Assembly (NCBI GenBank): GCA_964019335.1
Contig: OZ025664.1
Span: 372,001 to 436,000 of the forward strand
Direction of reading: 5' to 3'
Origin: Diplonema japonicum
Taxonomy: Eukaryota; Protista; Euglenozoa: Diplonemea
DNA: 64,000 nt
Notes under the pieces: model-generated
Database searches by the model: none
The model's input: only the letters and a program-made list of their open reading frames with translations
What the model was told of the DNA's origin: nothing
Translations under genes and position numbers: made by a program
Part shown: piece by piece, positions 27,001 through 38,900 of the stretch
How positions within the stretch are numbered: the first letter of the stretch is position 1
Layout: every line of letters begins with the position of its first letter

Positions 27001-30000
27001 GACAAAGCAATGGCCCCACCTGTACGGATCATCAACCAAACCTGGGATCCAGTACATGTGGTACAGGCGTGTGCCCTTGATGAATCCCGTCTTGGGAAAG
27101 TCCTTGATAGGTCTACAGGAGAGTCGCAGTACCGTGTGCACACGATCCCCCCTGTCACCGCGTACCATTTCTTCTATGATGACCATAGGACGAAGATCGG
27201 TAAAATTGAGACAGCACAACGGATCAGAGTGCACACAGGCACCAGCATGGATTGCCCACAAGGGCTGCTTGTACTCTTAGAGCCACAAAAACTGCCAAAG
27301 AGGACTGGCGATGCTGGGTTTATGCGTCTCGAGAACGGGAACAACGACGGAAACAGCTTGAAGCACATCCACTGTGAACTCGGGAAGAACTCTCTAGATG
27401 TCATTATCGAGGTGAAGCTACCTGTGTCACTCTTAAAGGTGAACGTGCTGAAGGCGTACAGGCTCGTGGCAGCGGACGTGAACCTCATTGGGGACGACAC
27501 CAGCGACCCTTTCTGCATTGTGAACCTCGGGAACGAAACAGCTCAGACGGAGGTGGTGAAGAGGTCCACAAACCCTGAATGGAACGATGAATGGCTGAGC
27601 CCAGGCGGGGGCAACGAAGGGTTCACGATGCACACCATCCATGAAGATCTCTCAATTCAAGTTTTCGACAAAGACAAGTTGTTAGCGAACGACTTCTTGG
27701 GACAGGTTGTTATCAACCCGTCGGAGCTGCCCTCGACAGGTACCCGCACTTTCCCGTTGACCATGCGCACAAGGTCTGATTTGAAACTTGTGCGAGGTAG
27801 GTCTGCAAGGAAGGATGGAAGACCGGACTTTGGCGACATCACAATACAGTGGGAGAAGCAAGAGCTGAACGAGGAAGGCGCGCAAAAACCTGTTAATATC
27901 GTGTCGAAGTTCGAGATCCTGGGTGCTGACGAAGAGGATGAGATGGACTCCTTTGACGTAGGTGCGGAGGTAGAGGTGCAAGAAACAGAAGACGCGTGCT
28001 GGCTGGAGGGCACCATTGCCGAGATCGCAGACGAGCAGGTCACCATCGATGTCAAGGAGGCCGATGGCATTACAGCTGTGCGGAGGGAGTTCAGTCTGGA
28101 CGGTATTATCATGCGCCGCCACATGGCGAATGAGATCCCACCACATGGCGCAAGATTCTACCTTACGGAACCTGTGAAGGTGAATGGAGTGACCATAGCA
28201 CGCACAGGTGCCGTGGGCGGGGTGCTGTGTGACGAGACAGGCATTTCAAAGACAGGAAAGATGAGAGTGTACTTCAACATGCGAGAAGATCACAGCGACG
28301 CGTGCGTCTTTGTCCTCCCCAGGAAACTCAGTGTGGAGGCGGGCACAGTCGACAGATGGCCTTCCGAGTTCGTTATCCAAGCAAGCTTTGCCATCAGCAT
28401 GTGCGGGAACTACCTGGGCCACAGGCGGGAGGTGATGTACGTACAAGTGCAGTCGCTGAGCATGTACTACTTGGTGGCGAACGACGGGAAGATTAGTTTC
28501 GACATGCAAATAGAGAATGTACAAGTGGACAACACGCTTGGGAACTGCACGTTCCCCGTTATGTTCTCGCTTGCTCATGACAGCCACACCGGGAATGCTT
28601 TCCAGTTAGTGATGACGAACTTCCTCTCCACAGGGGCGAGCAGCAGGCTGGACTACCTCGGGGCACTTATCCTGCCGTGCATCATCACAGCAACCGATTT
28701 GTACATCCAGACCATTTATCAATGCTTCGGTGAGGAACTGAGGCGCTTCACAACCCTGCGGACAGACGTGACACGCGACATGGTAAAGTACAACGTGGTG
28801 CATGAAGAAGTGGCGAAGATGGACTTGACAGACGGGGATGACCCTTGGGTGTATATCCGAGAGATGGAGGTGCGACAGACAGGAGCGAGGCTGACGTTCA
28901 ACTCATTTGGTTTGGAGGACACCACCACCGACACAGCTTTGGTGTGGCTCACGTCTTTGGGGATGCAGCTAGCTCAGGTTAACGACGCGGTGATCGACCT
29001 GAAGGGCTTCCCAAGCTCGAAAAAACTCCTCCCGCTGTACATGAAGCGACGCGAGCTGACGTCGCTACTGGCGAACCATTACCTGAAGTCTATCATGACG
29101 TCGATTCTTACGATCATCGGTGCCTCGGAGCTGCTGGGGAACCCCGCACGTGCCGTGGACAAGGTGAAGCAAGGAACCAACGACTTGGTGACAAGACCCA
29201 TGGAGGGAGCTCTCTTGGGCCCTCGTGAGTTGGTAGAGGGCGTTTTCTCAGGCACCACATCGTTCCTCCGTGGCACCACTGGCGGCGTGGTCAGCTTCGC
29301 TGAGGACTTAACAGGCGCTGCGTCTGGTCTGGTCGGCATGATGACCTTCGACAACGACTATCAACGTGACCGTAAGCTCAAGATGCGCAGGCCTCCTAAG
29401 AACGTTGGCGAAGGGTTCATGGACGGTACACGCTTCTTGGCCATGTATGTCATTTCTTTCCCACCACCACCCAAACAGGAGCGTTTTCGACGGGATATCA
29501 GGCGTAGTCAGGCAGCCCTTCCAAGGCGCTGTAGACGAAGGCCCAATGGGGTTCGTGAAGGGCGTGGGTAAAGGTGTTGTGGGTGTGGTTGTGAAGCCCG
29601 TGCAAGGGGTGTTCCAGATGGTGAACAGGACACTGGCAGGGTTGAACAGCATGCTGGAGAGTATGGAAAAAAGAAAAAAAGAAACAACGAACAACAACAA
29701 AAAAAAAAACAGAGAAAAACAAACGCCAAAGGTGCAGGGAGCCGAGGGTGTTGGTAGATGAGCTTCTTCTCCCGCACGACAACACAAGGAGCAAAATCTA
29801 TAGAATGGCCTGTGCGGTGAACAATGGGAAGTACAACACGCACGTGTACGAGCACCACCAGTACGCCAGCAAGGGCGACGGCCACGTCATCTTCATCCTT
29901 ACATCGCAAACATTGCTGAACGTCACAAACGCGGAAGATGCTGTAAACGTGGACGAGCTGTGGCACGTCCATCTGGGGAAGATCCGTTGTGTGGAGAGCG

Positions 30001-30514
30001 CCGTGGGCTCCTCTGTGATTCGGATCATCCAGAAAGAAGGAACCGGTCTAGGAAGCTTCTTCAAGGGCAAGGTCTTCAAGATGAAGCTTGACACCAGCGT
30101 CGACTGCGACTCCTTCCTCATTGTGCTGAGGAGGTTTCACCCTGAAATCCCTGTCTACGCCAACATCGAGAACATGACACTCCGCCCAGTGGACGTCATG
30201 TTGATGCGGCAGTTGGACAAACACATGGACACTACAATGATCACCAATAATGAAGATCATCAAGCTGTGGAGGAAATAAGAACATATGAGTATGGATTTT
30301 TTTTTGGGGAGGAGAAAAAAAAAAAAAAAATCGTAGTCCTTGGGGAGGCCATCCGTCTGGTGATGATGCTGCGGGTGATTCTAATGAGCAGAACACCAAC
30401 ACAAACAACAATGCATCAAGCCCTCAAGGCGGAGGTGCTCAAAAGGCACCCCGCGCGCAAGGGTTGTCACAGCAGCAGAAACGAAGCTGTTGTGAATGCT
30501 GTTCCGTAATGTAG
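1..30514 (+). CDS. VPS13: Giant VPS13 (chorein)-family bridge-like lipid transfer protein, 5'-partial; exons <1-29444, 29479-29660, 29713-30289, 30337-30514 (>=10,126 aa)
   Basis: Frame is open from base 1. Chorein-N-like segment PGMIERIRETATRCMNVEVGKITI and VWWRHAV...DYIKMY motif. VAB/SHR-BD-like repeats (LRYFNPLNGSWESVLD, SSIQIRNN, QPLLQLTNLLP, WTPFWIINRT, PPVRIINQT). APT1-like QIENVQVDNTL..FPV. Gly-rich ATG2_C helices (ELLGNPAR, SVFDGISGVVRQPFQGAVDEGPMGFVKGVGKGVVGVVVKPVQG), RQRCREPR and a PH-like tail. Three GT-AG introns join the three ORF-track pieces in frame. Confidence 0.92.
27430..27855 (+). other. C2 domain within VPS13
   Basis: LLKVNVLKAYRLVAADVNLIGDDTSDPFCIV...TEVVKRSTNPEWN...LSIQVFDKDKLLANDFLGQV is a canonical C2 pattern with the Ca2+-ligand Asp positions present. 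Confidence 0.9.
29445..29478 (+). other. Intron 1 of VPS13 (34 nt, GTATGT...ACAG)
   Basis: Removal joins FLAM to SVFDGISG and restores the conserved ATG2_C region encoded in another frame. Confidence 0.88.
29661..29712 (+). other. Intron 2 of VPS13 (52 nt, GTATGG...ACAG, A-rich)
   Basis: Removal gives MLEKKNKRQRCREPRVLVDE, in frame with ORF 29748-30509. Confidence 0.85.
30290..30336 (+). other. Intron 3 of VPS13 (47 nt, GTATGG...GTAG)
   Basis: Removes a polyT/polyA stretch and yields a final exon ending KRSCCECCSVM-stop. Confidence 0.8.
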
Positions 30515-31315
30515 TTTGTTCCCCCCCCCCCTCCCCCCCCCTAATCAAAAGTTTTTTTTTCTACGCGTTGCTTAACTCTCTCTCTCTCTCTCCCCCCCAG
30601 CGATTTTTTTGTTCCTTTTCTGGTGGTCGTTGCTAGCACTTCTCTTCTCCCCAATCACCATGTTTTTTTTTCTTTCTTCTTTCTTTGGGGGATCGAATCC
30701 GTCAAAATTGGCAATTTTTGTATTAGGAAAAAAAAAAATAGAGAGAAGAACAAAAAAAAAAAAAAAAAGAAATGCCATGTACTAAAAGACTAACAGCGTA
30801 GTTGATATACTACAGCCCCCTTCTTTCTTTCTTTTTGAGATTAACCGTACCGCAGTAACAAGCAACAAAGCGTAGCTCCCCCCCCCCCCCCCCCCCTTAT
30901 TTGCATTGGGACCAATCCCTGTGGCTAGCGAGCGCAAAAAGAAATATTCTTAACCTTAACATGGGGGGATTTCCAAATAGGGGGTCAAGTTGACCCTCCT
31001 GTTTAGGAATTAGCGTCAGTTTCTTTCCCCCCGTTTTCCATCATAGTGATTTTCTTTTTTTTTTTTTTTTTGTCCCCTGACGAACGGCGGGGAACACCCT
31101 CCTCTTCCCTCCCCCCTCTTGTACTCAAAGCCCCCCCGTTTTATTCTTTTTCAATCCCCCAAAAAAGAATTGGGGTGAAAAAAAAAAAAAAGAAGAAGAA
31201 GAAAAGAAACAACAATGCAGAGTAGAAACAAAGGGAGTGGGGGGGGGGGAGGGGGAGGAGAGGGGGCAAACAAGGCGTTAACAAAAAAAAAAGAAGAAGA
31301 AAAAAAGAAAAGGAA

Positions 31316-32071
31316 ATGGCCAAATCCAGGGCGGACTTTCTGCAGGAAATGGGGCTGAATGAGGAAGACCTTGCACCCCCGACACAAATCGAACGAATGG
31401 TATGAGAAAAAAAAAATAAAAAAAAAAAAATCATAGAATTCATCTGGTGGGGTTGACGACGCACTGATACGGAGCACTCCCCTGTACGATACTGGTTTAT
31501 TGGAATCCTTGTATGTGTAGGTGTCTTCCTTCTCTATATGCCCCACAGAAAAGCAGAACAATTTTCCATTCTAAACCCAGAAGACAAAGGTGCCCAGGTG
31601 GAGGGTGTCGAGCTTACCGGAAATGCGTATCTTAAGCAAGAGCTGGACCGGTTCAGGCTGTCAAGGGTAGCTAGTGATACAACGCCACAGCCAGAACCAG
31701 ACACAAACACTACCCTACCCCCACTGGTCTCTGAAACACCTAACTATCAGCAGATGGGTTATGACGCAAGTGTAGGTAAGACCTACCGGGACGACCTCCT
31801 CAAGAGCTTCAGGTTGCGAAAGGAGAAAGGGCTTACAACGTCAGAAGGGGAAGTTATAGAGGCTGCGATCGAGACACGGCATCCCATGGAGGAAGATGCT
31901 AAGGAAGACAGAGAACCTTTGGAACCAGATTCAAACGAGTTGAAGGGCCCCGACGTGCACCCTATGGAAAAGGAGAAGTCGGACGCCGAACGAAACCAAG
32001 AAAAGCAGGAACAAGCCGACCAGCAACAGAAGCAACAAAATCAAGAGGTTGAAAGTCAGAGTGCTGAGTGA
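31316..32071 (+). CDS. Hypothetical acidic, low-complexity protein (~226 aa); exons 31316-31399, 31437-31510, 31549-32071
   Basis: ATG follows an A-rich leader. Introns 31400-31436 (GTATGA...ATAG) and 31511-31548 (GTATGT...ACAG) give a continuous frame MAKSRADFLQEMG...IERM|NSSGGVDD...LLESL|KAEQFSIL into ORF 31538-32071. Confidence 0.7.
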
Positions 32072-32262
32072 GAAGGGAAAGAGAAAAGAAGAAGAAAAAA
32101 AGAAATGTGTTTCCACACATTTTTTTTTTTTTGTGAATACAAAAGAAAAATAGTCTACTCCATTCTTGTACTTAACCATGTTTCTTTTTTCTTTTTTTCC
32201 CCCCCTCTTTGCAAACAAAACCAAAAAAAAAGTGAGGGGAAGAAAAGAAAAAAAAAAAGAAA

Positions 32263-32787
32263 ATGTCGGGGGACAGCGAAGCGAAAAAAAAAGCAGCGCA
32301 GAACAAACCATGCCCAAGCAGGATGCAAATGGATCTCACAGAGGAGCAAGAGGCGGATTTGAAGGAAGCGTTCAATCTGTTAGACAGCGAAGGCTACGGC
32401 ACGATCGACGCACGGGATTTGAAGGTGGCGTTGAGGGCCCTGGGGTACGAACCGCAAAAAGACAAAATGAAGAAAATCATTTCCGAAATCGACAAGGACA
32501 GCATGTCGGGCACGCTGCTCTACGAGGAGTTCAAGAGGATCATGACGGAAAAACTCTTCGACTACGAAAACGACGAGGAAATAAAAATCGCCTTCCCGCT
32601 CTTCACGGAAGGAAAGAGCAAATTCATCACCGTCGACGACTTGAAACGAGTTGCGTCTGAACTGGGCGAGACCTTAACAGAAGAAGTTTTCCAAGAAATG
32701 ATTCGAGAAGCTGACGTCCTCGATCACGACGGTGTGATCTCTGAAGAAGAGTTTCACAGAGTTATGAAGCGAGAAAACGCTTATTAA
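32263..32787 (+). CDS. Centrin (EF-hand protein), resembling the kinetoplastid flagellar centrin-3 type
   Basis: [62 protein letters not shown] are centrin signatures. [10 protein letters not shown] and EADVLDHDG recall trypanosomatid centrin-3 (from memory). Confidence 0.92.
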   Translation: MSGDSEAKKKAAQNKPCPSRMQMDLTEEQEADLKEAFNLLDSEGYGTIDARDLKVALRALGYEPQKDKMKKIISEIDKDSMSGTLLYEEFKRIMTEKLFDYENDEEIKIAFPLFTEGKSKFITVDDLKRVASELGETLTEEVFQEMIREADVLDHDGVISEEEFHRVMKRENAY

Positions 32788-32910
32788 AATTTTAAAAAAA
32801 AAAAAAAAATGTAAATTAAAACATTTCATTTCCCCTATTTTTTTTATTGCCCCCATCGTACAAAACCCACACATTGCAAACAAAAAAAAAAAAAAACAAG
32901 GAGAGGGGAT

Positions 32911-35900
32911 ATGGGTGGGGCAACCTTGCACATTGCCATTGTCTTGTTGGCGGTGCTGTCGAGCTCGGTTCACGGCAAGACGCGAACAGACTGTTTGCCG
33001 GAGAGGTACCAGCCGAGCAATGTGACCATCACGAAAGGGATCAAAAAAAAACCGGAGCTGTACGTAAACGGTGAACTGTTTGAAGTAAAGGGCATTGGGT
33101 ACTCCCCCATCCCACCAGGGAAGAACACTCTGAACGAACAGTTCGATTTCTTCACCTCAGACAGAGACTACATCTGGAAACGAGACGTCCCCATCATCGC
33201 CAACATGGGCGCTAATGTCATCAGAACATGGTCATGGGACGCGACGCTGGACCACACAGCGTTTCTCAATCTCTGCCACCACCATGGGCTGAAAGTTTTG
33301 ATCCCGTTCGGTGTCACCCCTATCGAGTACCCTGACCTAGCTGACCCCGCAACACGTCACCAGCTTATGACAGATTGGAAAGCGTTTATCCATAAAGTAC
33401 GCAACCACCCAGCCCTGTTCGGTTACATGATAGGTAACGAGCTTAACGAAGCCTACGCAGGCCAGTTCGAAGAGCTCTTCTCAGCCGTGAACGCGATGGT
33501 CGCCCTTCGTGATGAGTACGATTCGAAAAAGCACCCCATCACCCTCCCCTTCAGCGACAACAACTTCATGGAGGACCTCGTCGAGAAGTACTACCCCTGG
33601 CTCAACATCGACTTCTGGAGCCTTCAGATCTACCGTGATGCCATCAACATCGATTCCGTGTCGTCTGAATATTCCGAGCTCTTCCTTGAGCCCGACTTGA
33701 TGTCGGTCAAGAAGGGCATGTTCCACCAGCTTCCCATCAAACCCCTCATCTTCACCGAGTATGGTATTGACGCGCTTGACGGCGACACTTGTGAGTCGTG
33801 GAACAGATCGTGCACTACGAAGGAAGTGACACGTCTCATGCTCAGCGACACGCCTGTCTCGCAAAACGAGACCAAGCAAGCCCTCGGATTCTGCAATAGG
33901 TACTCTGCCATCAGGAACGGCACCTACAACACCTCTGCATACGTTAACGGTGGCGTCATCATGGAGTACGTTGATGAGTGGTGGAAGGGGACCTTCCCCG
34001 ACGTGCGTCGCGAAGAGTGTCCCAACCAGCGAACCGACGTCCACACCTACTGCGCATCGAACATCAACAAACACAACAACAACACAAAAGCCGACTTTCT
34101 CCACGAGGAGTGGCTCGGTCTCTTCAGACAGATCCCCACCCTCGCCGACACCAACAAGCTTGTCGAAGACATGGACTACTGCATCCACCCACGTCTTGCG
34201 CAGTGCGTCATGGGGCTTGCTTTCGAGCTTAAAAGCAGTGCCGACCTTGACTGCATGGGCTTGGTGCTGCAATGCAACCAAACTTTCAACCAGCACCCTG
34301 TCCCGCAGTACTGCGCCACAAAAAAGACGCTTTGGAACAACTACATCATGATGTGGATCGTGCCGCCCATGCTGATTCTGATTGCTGTGATTGTCATCTT
34401 GCGTGTATACCTCAAGCGAGGGTGGAGGTCCCTGATGATGATGGACTACCAGCAACTGAACGACCACTCACCCGAACTCGAACCCGAGCAGGAAGGCCCC
34501 TCAGCCAACGAGCAAGGTGTGGGTGTAAACGGCGAAGCGGCGAAGTCTGCAAATCCCGACATCATCGACGTGTCGAAGAACGAACCCCGCTGCGACAACT
34601 TGCTAGGGGGCATCGACCCCAAGATCATCGAAAAGGAATGTAAAGTACTGGAAAATATCATCAACCAAGCCTTCTGGAAGTACACGGCAGCACGCAGCGA
34701 GGAAAGCACGTTCACCAAATGGGCGGAACCAAAGGTGAAGGGCGCCAACAGCGTCAACGTGGAACAGTTTTTCGAACAACATCTCAGAAATAAGCCCTGC
34801 CCGCACTTCGTGCTCGCACAGAAGAAGATATACCACGCTGTGTACGATCAGTTCTCGAGGCACATTATGGATACGAAGTTGAGTGACCGTACTGACAAGG
34901 ACGTAGAATGTAAAAGGTTGATGGGACGCGCAGTGCGTATAGTGTTCGAGAAGTACACAGAAGGATACTATCTGTACTTGGACAGGCCCAGTCCCGAGGA
35001 GAACGATGTGAAGAAGAGCATTGAGATCCTGTCTCTGTACATGCTGACCCAGCAGTGGTCGGGAACCATCAACCATGCTCCAGAGAAGATCTGCGAGCTG
35101 CTCAACTGGTCACTGCAGTACTTCGAGAACATCTCCAAAAAGGACGCTGTGATCCTGGATAGCAACTGCGAAAGACTAAAAAAGCGCTGGGAAGAACGCA
35201 CGGGTTGGGTAATCAACTACCACTATGGGTTGGTGGAGATCATCAGGACCTACTGTCTCAAGGTGCAGGAGGGGTTCTCCTTCGACGATATCAACAGCGA
35301 CTCGATCTACATTAGGAAGAGACTGATGAAACAGAACAAGGATGTAGGCAGCAAAAGCTCAAGCGATTTTCTGGAAACACCTTCCTGTTTGCAGTCCGAA
35401 ACAATCATCGGTACTGAGGGCGATCTGCTTCCCACGAAATCCAACATCCAAAACCGACGCTCTGCCATCCATGGAACGCACTTGGAGTACAACTCTGCAT
35501 GCCGACCAGAAGAAGTAGTAACAAGCTATAGTGCGAACCACTTCTTCAAATCGAGGCTGCCCGAAGGGAACACCGATGGAAAGTTCTTACCAAAGAACAT
35601 CGCGTTCCCTCAGAGGGGTGGTGTGTTCTCGCTTCTGCTGAACTACCAGTGGTTGATCAGGTACTTGGTGTGGCAGAACATGCTGGCGTCGGTAATGCAG
35701 CCCGAGACAGTGTCCACGCCGGAGTGCAAGCAGACGTTTGTCGTGAGCGGGTTGGGTATTGCCGATGCTACCATGTGCGCTGTTTTCTGTTTCTGCCACA
35801 GGATTACGTTGGGGAGGTTCAAGAGGAGACTGTTGTTCGAAACATTCTTCTACACAGGAAGCTGTATCATGGTGTGGATCACTTTTGTGTTCTCGGACTA

Positions 35901-38900
35901 CCTGAGTTTCGTGTGCCATTACCTTAACGGCAGCTGCCAAGGGAACAAAGGCCCCGACGTGCTGGGCTTTACTATTGACGTCCCGACGGTTTACCTTTTG
36001 ATTGCTGTTCTCCTCGCCATCATTGACGAGGTGCGGCTGTTTGCCTGGACGTACCAATCCAACGCCATCAAGGGACGCTTCAAGTCCATGGACCATTACC
36101 GCTCCGTCCGCATAGGCTACGCAATCTGCTGCATAACCGGGATAGTCATCTTCATCATCCTCAAAGCGTCTTCCTTTTACTCAGTATGAAAACATTAGGA
36201 AAAGGAAAAAGAAAAAACTCAAAATAATCAGTTCAACGCCTGGAGCTGGTGGCCGCACATGGACAGCGACCTGCTAGTCATCATTCTTCCGATTGGGTGT
36301 CTTGCGGGCGGGCATTGCCTTTCGAGGGTGCTCCCGAAGTGCTCGTCGACGTACCACCGCAGTGCTAGAAATGATTTGGAGATCAAGGAAGAGTCGCGTT
36401 ACGTGGTATGCAATGGAAAGAAACGAGAACAATCAAACAGGCACTGAACATTGTGTTCTGGGGCATGTTCTTCGCGCTCAACTGGATGCTGGCGTTCTAC
36501 GTCCTGATACCTGCTGTTAACAACATAGGGTTGGATATCTGTGACTGTTCCGACGCAGAGTATAGCTTGGACCAGACACAAGTCGAGAACTGCAAGGGAA
36601 AGGTGAAGTTGATGTGTGATGTGGGCGTCATCTTTGTCTGGATTAGCGCATACCTCGTGTCGTTCGTTTTCCTCTACGCGGTGTTCGTGACACTGCTACT
36701 CTTGTTCGGCATAGCGAGGGCAAAGTACATCCGTGTAGGGAACGTTCAGGACTGGAACGATGTAGAGAGGTTCTGGGGGACTATTCTGAAGAGGTCACTA
36801 CCCGAGGTTTCTAAGTCGCTTACACCGCTTGAACCTACACCGCAGCAGATCAAAAACGGAGACTACGTGACTGACGACAGGTTCGTGATGAACGAGGGGC
36901 TGTCTCTGCATCAGTCCACAGTATGGAACTGTTTAGTAGACTCCTTGTACCGTGACGATCTGTTGTCTTCAGACGAGATGGACGCGCTAAAGGTGTCCAT
37001 CAAGACGGACCTCGAGTCCCGCCAGCTTGTCCCGAACTTCAGACTCAAACCCCGTTCCAAAGAAGCGCAGCGCCGTGTCATCTCCTACATGTGGGGCCTC
37101 GAGTCCCTTGCTGCTCACGACGGCCACCATGAGAAAGCCATTCTCAAAGGCGGCGACTTCACATCAGGCCTGCGCAAGTCGCATCGTGTCTACGCCATGC
37201 CCTCCTTCACTACGATCGTCCCTATTTACAACGAGGCCATCTTGCTGTCGAGAGAGAACATCAAAAGGATGCGCGACCACGGCAAGTCGGCTAAAAGGAT
37301 CACCGAGCTTGAATACCTTGCGTTAGTCTACTCCGCTGAGTGGCAGAACTTCGCCCAGAAGATGGACAACAAGCACTCCGGTTCCTGGATCCTCGACAAG
37401 AAACAAAAGGAAAACCTTGCGAACGAGCTGCTCCACGCCTTCATCGGCCAGGAGCACCCCAAGCCCCTTGAAGACAAGAAGGATGCCCAACTGATCAGGG
37501 ATATCGAGCTGTGGGCTTCTATGAGGGGCCAAACCTTGGCGAGGACCATCAAAGGCCTGTGTAACATCAGGCTGGGGATCGAACAGCTGTGTGTTCTGGA
37601 GGAACCAGACATGACCCCAAGGCAGATCATGATGCTTGTCGCCAGGAAGTACCAGATACTCATCTCACATCAGACGTTCAACTTGTCACTGGTTGGGCAA
37701 AACGACGGGAAACTGTCGCAACAAGAAAACGCCCTCGTGCACATGTTCCGCACAGAGAAGTATTTGGAAGTGGTAACAAACGATGACACGGTGTTCCAGT
37801 CGCACTGTTTGAAGCTGAGGGACGTGCTCTTGTACCCGCCAAAGGAGAACGACATACGTCACAGGGACCCGCGGAAGACAATGGAAGCTATTGAAAACGA
37901 AACAGCGAAGTTGCAAACGAAAATCAACTTGCAATTTGACACTTTAATGAAATGGTACGGCAACAAGTCCACAGTATTGCCTGAGGGTACTATGGTCAGG
38001 ATGAACAACACTGGCACGTGGGAGAAGAAAAACCAGAAAGACATCGGCCGCCCTGACATGAAGAAACTCTTCGGCGGGAAGTGGCAAGAGGGTGTTGTCA
38101 TGAAGTTCACACCGGCACCAGTTGTCTCAGAGCTTCGTAAGTTCACACCCGACGAACTGCAAAGCGTGCAGGAAAGCAGAAGGCTTTCACCGTCCCTCGA
38201 CACGGCGAAGAAGCTACAGCTGCTCGGGTTAGAGGTGTGCCCTAGTGACAATGGGGTGCTTGTGAAGCGCGACACAGGAATCGTCTTTTCCTTCAATGTC
38301 ACAGGCTACACCCTAACCAAGTACGAGATCAAAATGGAAAACACGAACACTACCGTGAAGAACGAACCGACCACTGACAACTTCCTTGAAGCCATGTGCG
38401 ACACGGGCAAAGAGGTGAGCTTCACCTTCACGAGGATCCCCGGCTGGGGGGATTCGAATATGGGGAAGTACGAAATTAAACTGGACAACGGCGACACGCA
38501 GAAAGACGTGTTGTTCGACCGTGTCGAGCCCTTCCCGTGGACGTGCCAGACAGTGCAACGTGTGTCGCCGCTTAAGATCGGTGAGGGCAAAGCGGAGAAC
38601 CAAATCCACGCGCTTCCGTTCGCAAGGGGCGACGTGCTTCAAGCAATGGACATGAACCAGTACGCCACATCGGACCAGGGCATGAAGATTCCATTTCTGC
38701 TGAACGACTTCTTCTCAACCCCAGACGAAAAGACGCTCTCTGCTTGCATGAACGGTGACGACGGTTGGGACCACAACATCCTCATCCCGCCTTTTAGGAT
38801 CGTCGGTTTTCCCGAAAACTGTTACACAAGGGATCTTTCTATGGTAGGGGAACTGATGGGTGCTGCTGAATGGTGCTTCGTCACTATCAACCAACGTGTG

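Noticed and set aside
63-29354. Numerous minus-strand and alternate-frame ORFs of 60-380 aa within VPS13 (also within the glucan synthase and THADA genes)
   Set aside because: Antisense shadows of long coding frames with no recognisable motifs.
29445-30336. Apparent frameshifts or programmed recoding at the ends of long ORFs
   Set aside because: Each break is fully explained by a short GT-AG intron that restores frame and conserved motifs.
31437-31548. Possible TGA read-through giving a TM segment (FIWWG*RRTD...YWFIGILVCVGVFLLYMP)
   Set aside because: A two-intron model gives a stop-free frame, and TGA terminates other genes here.
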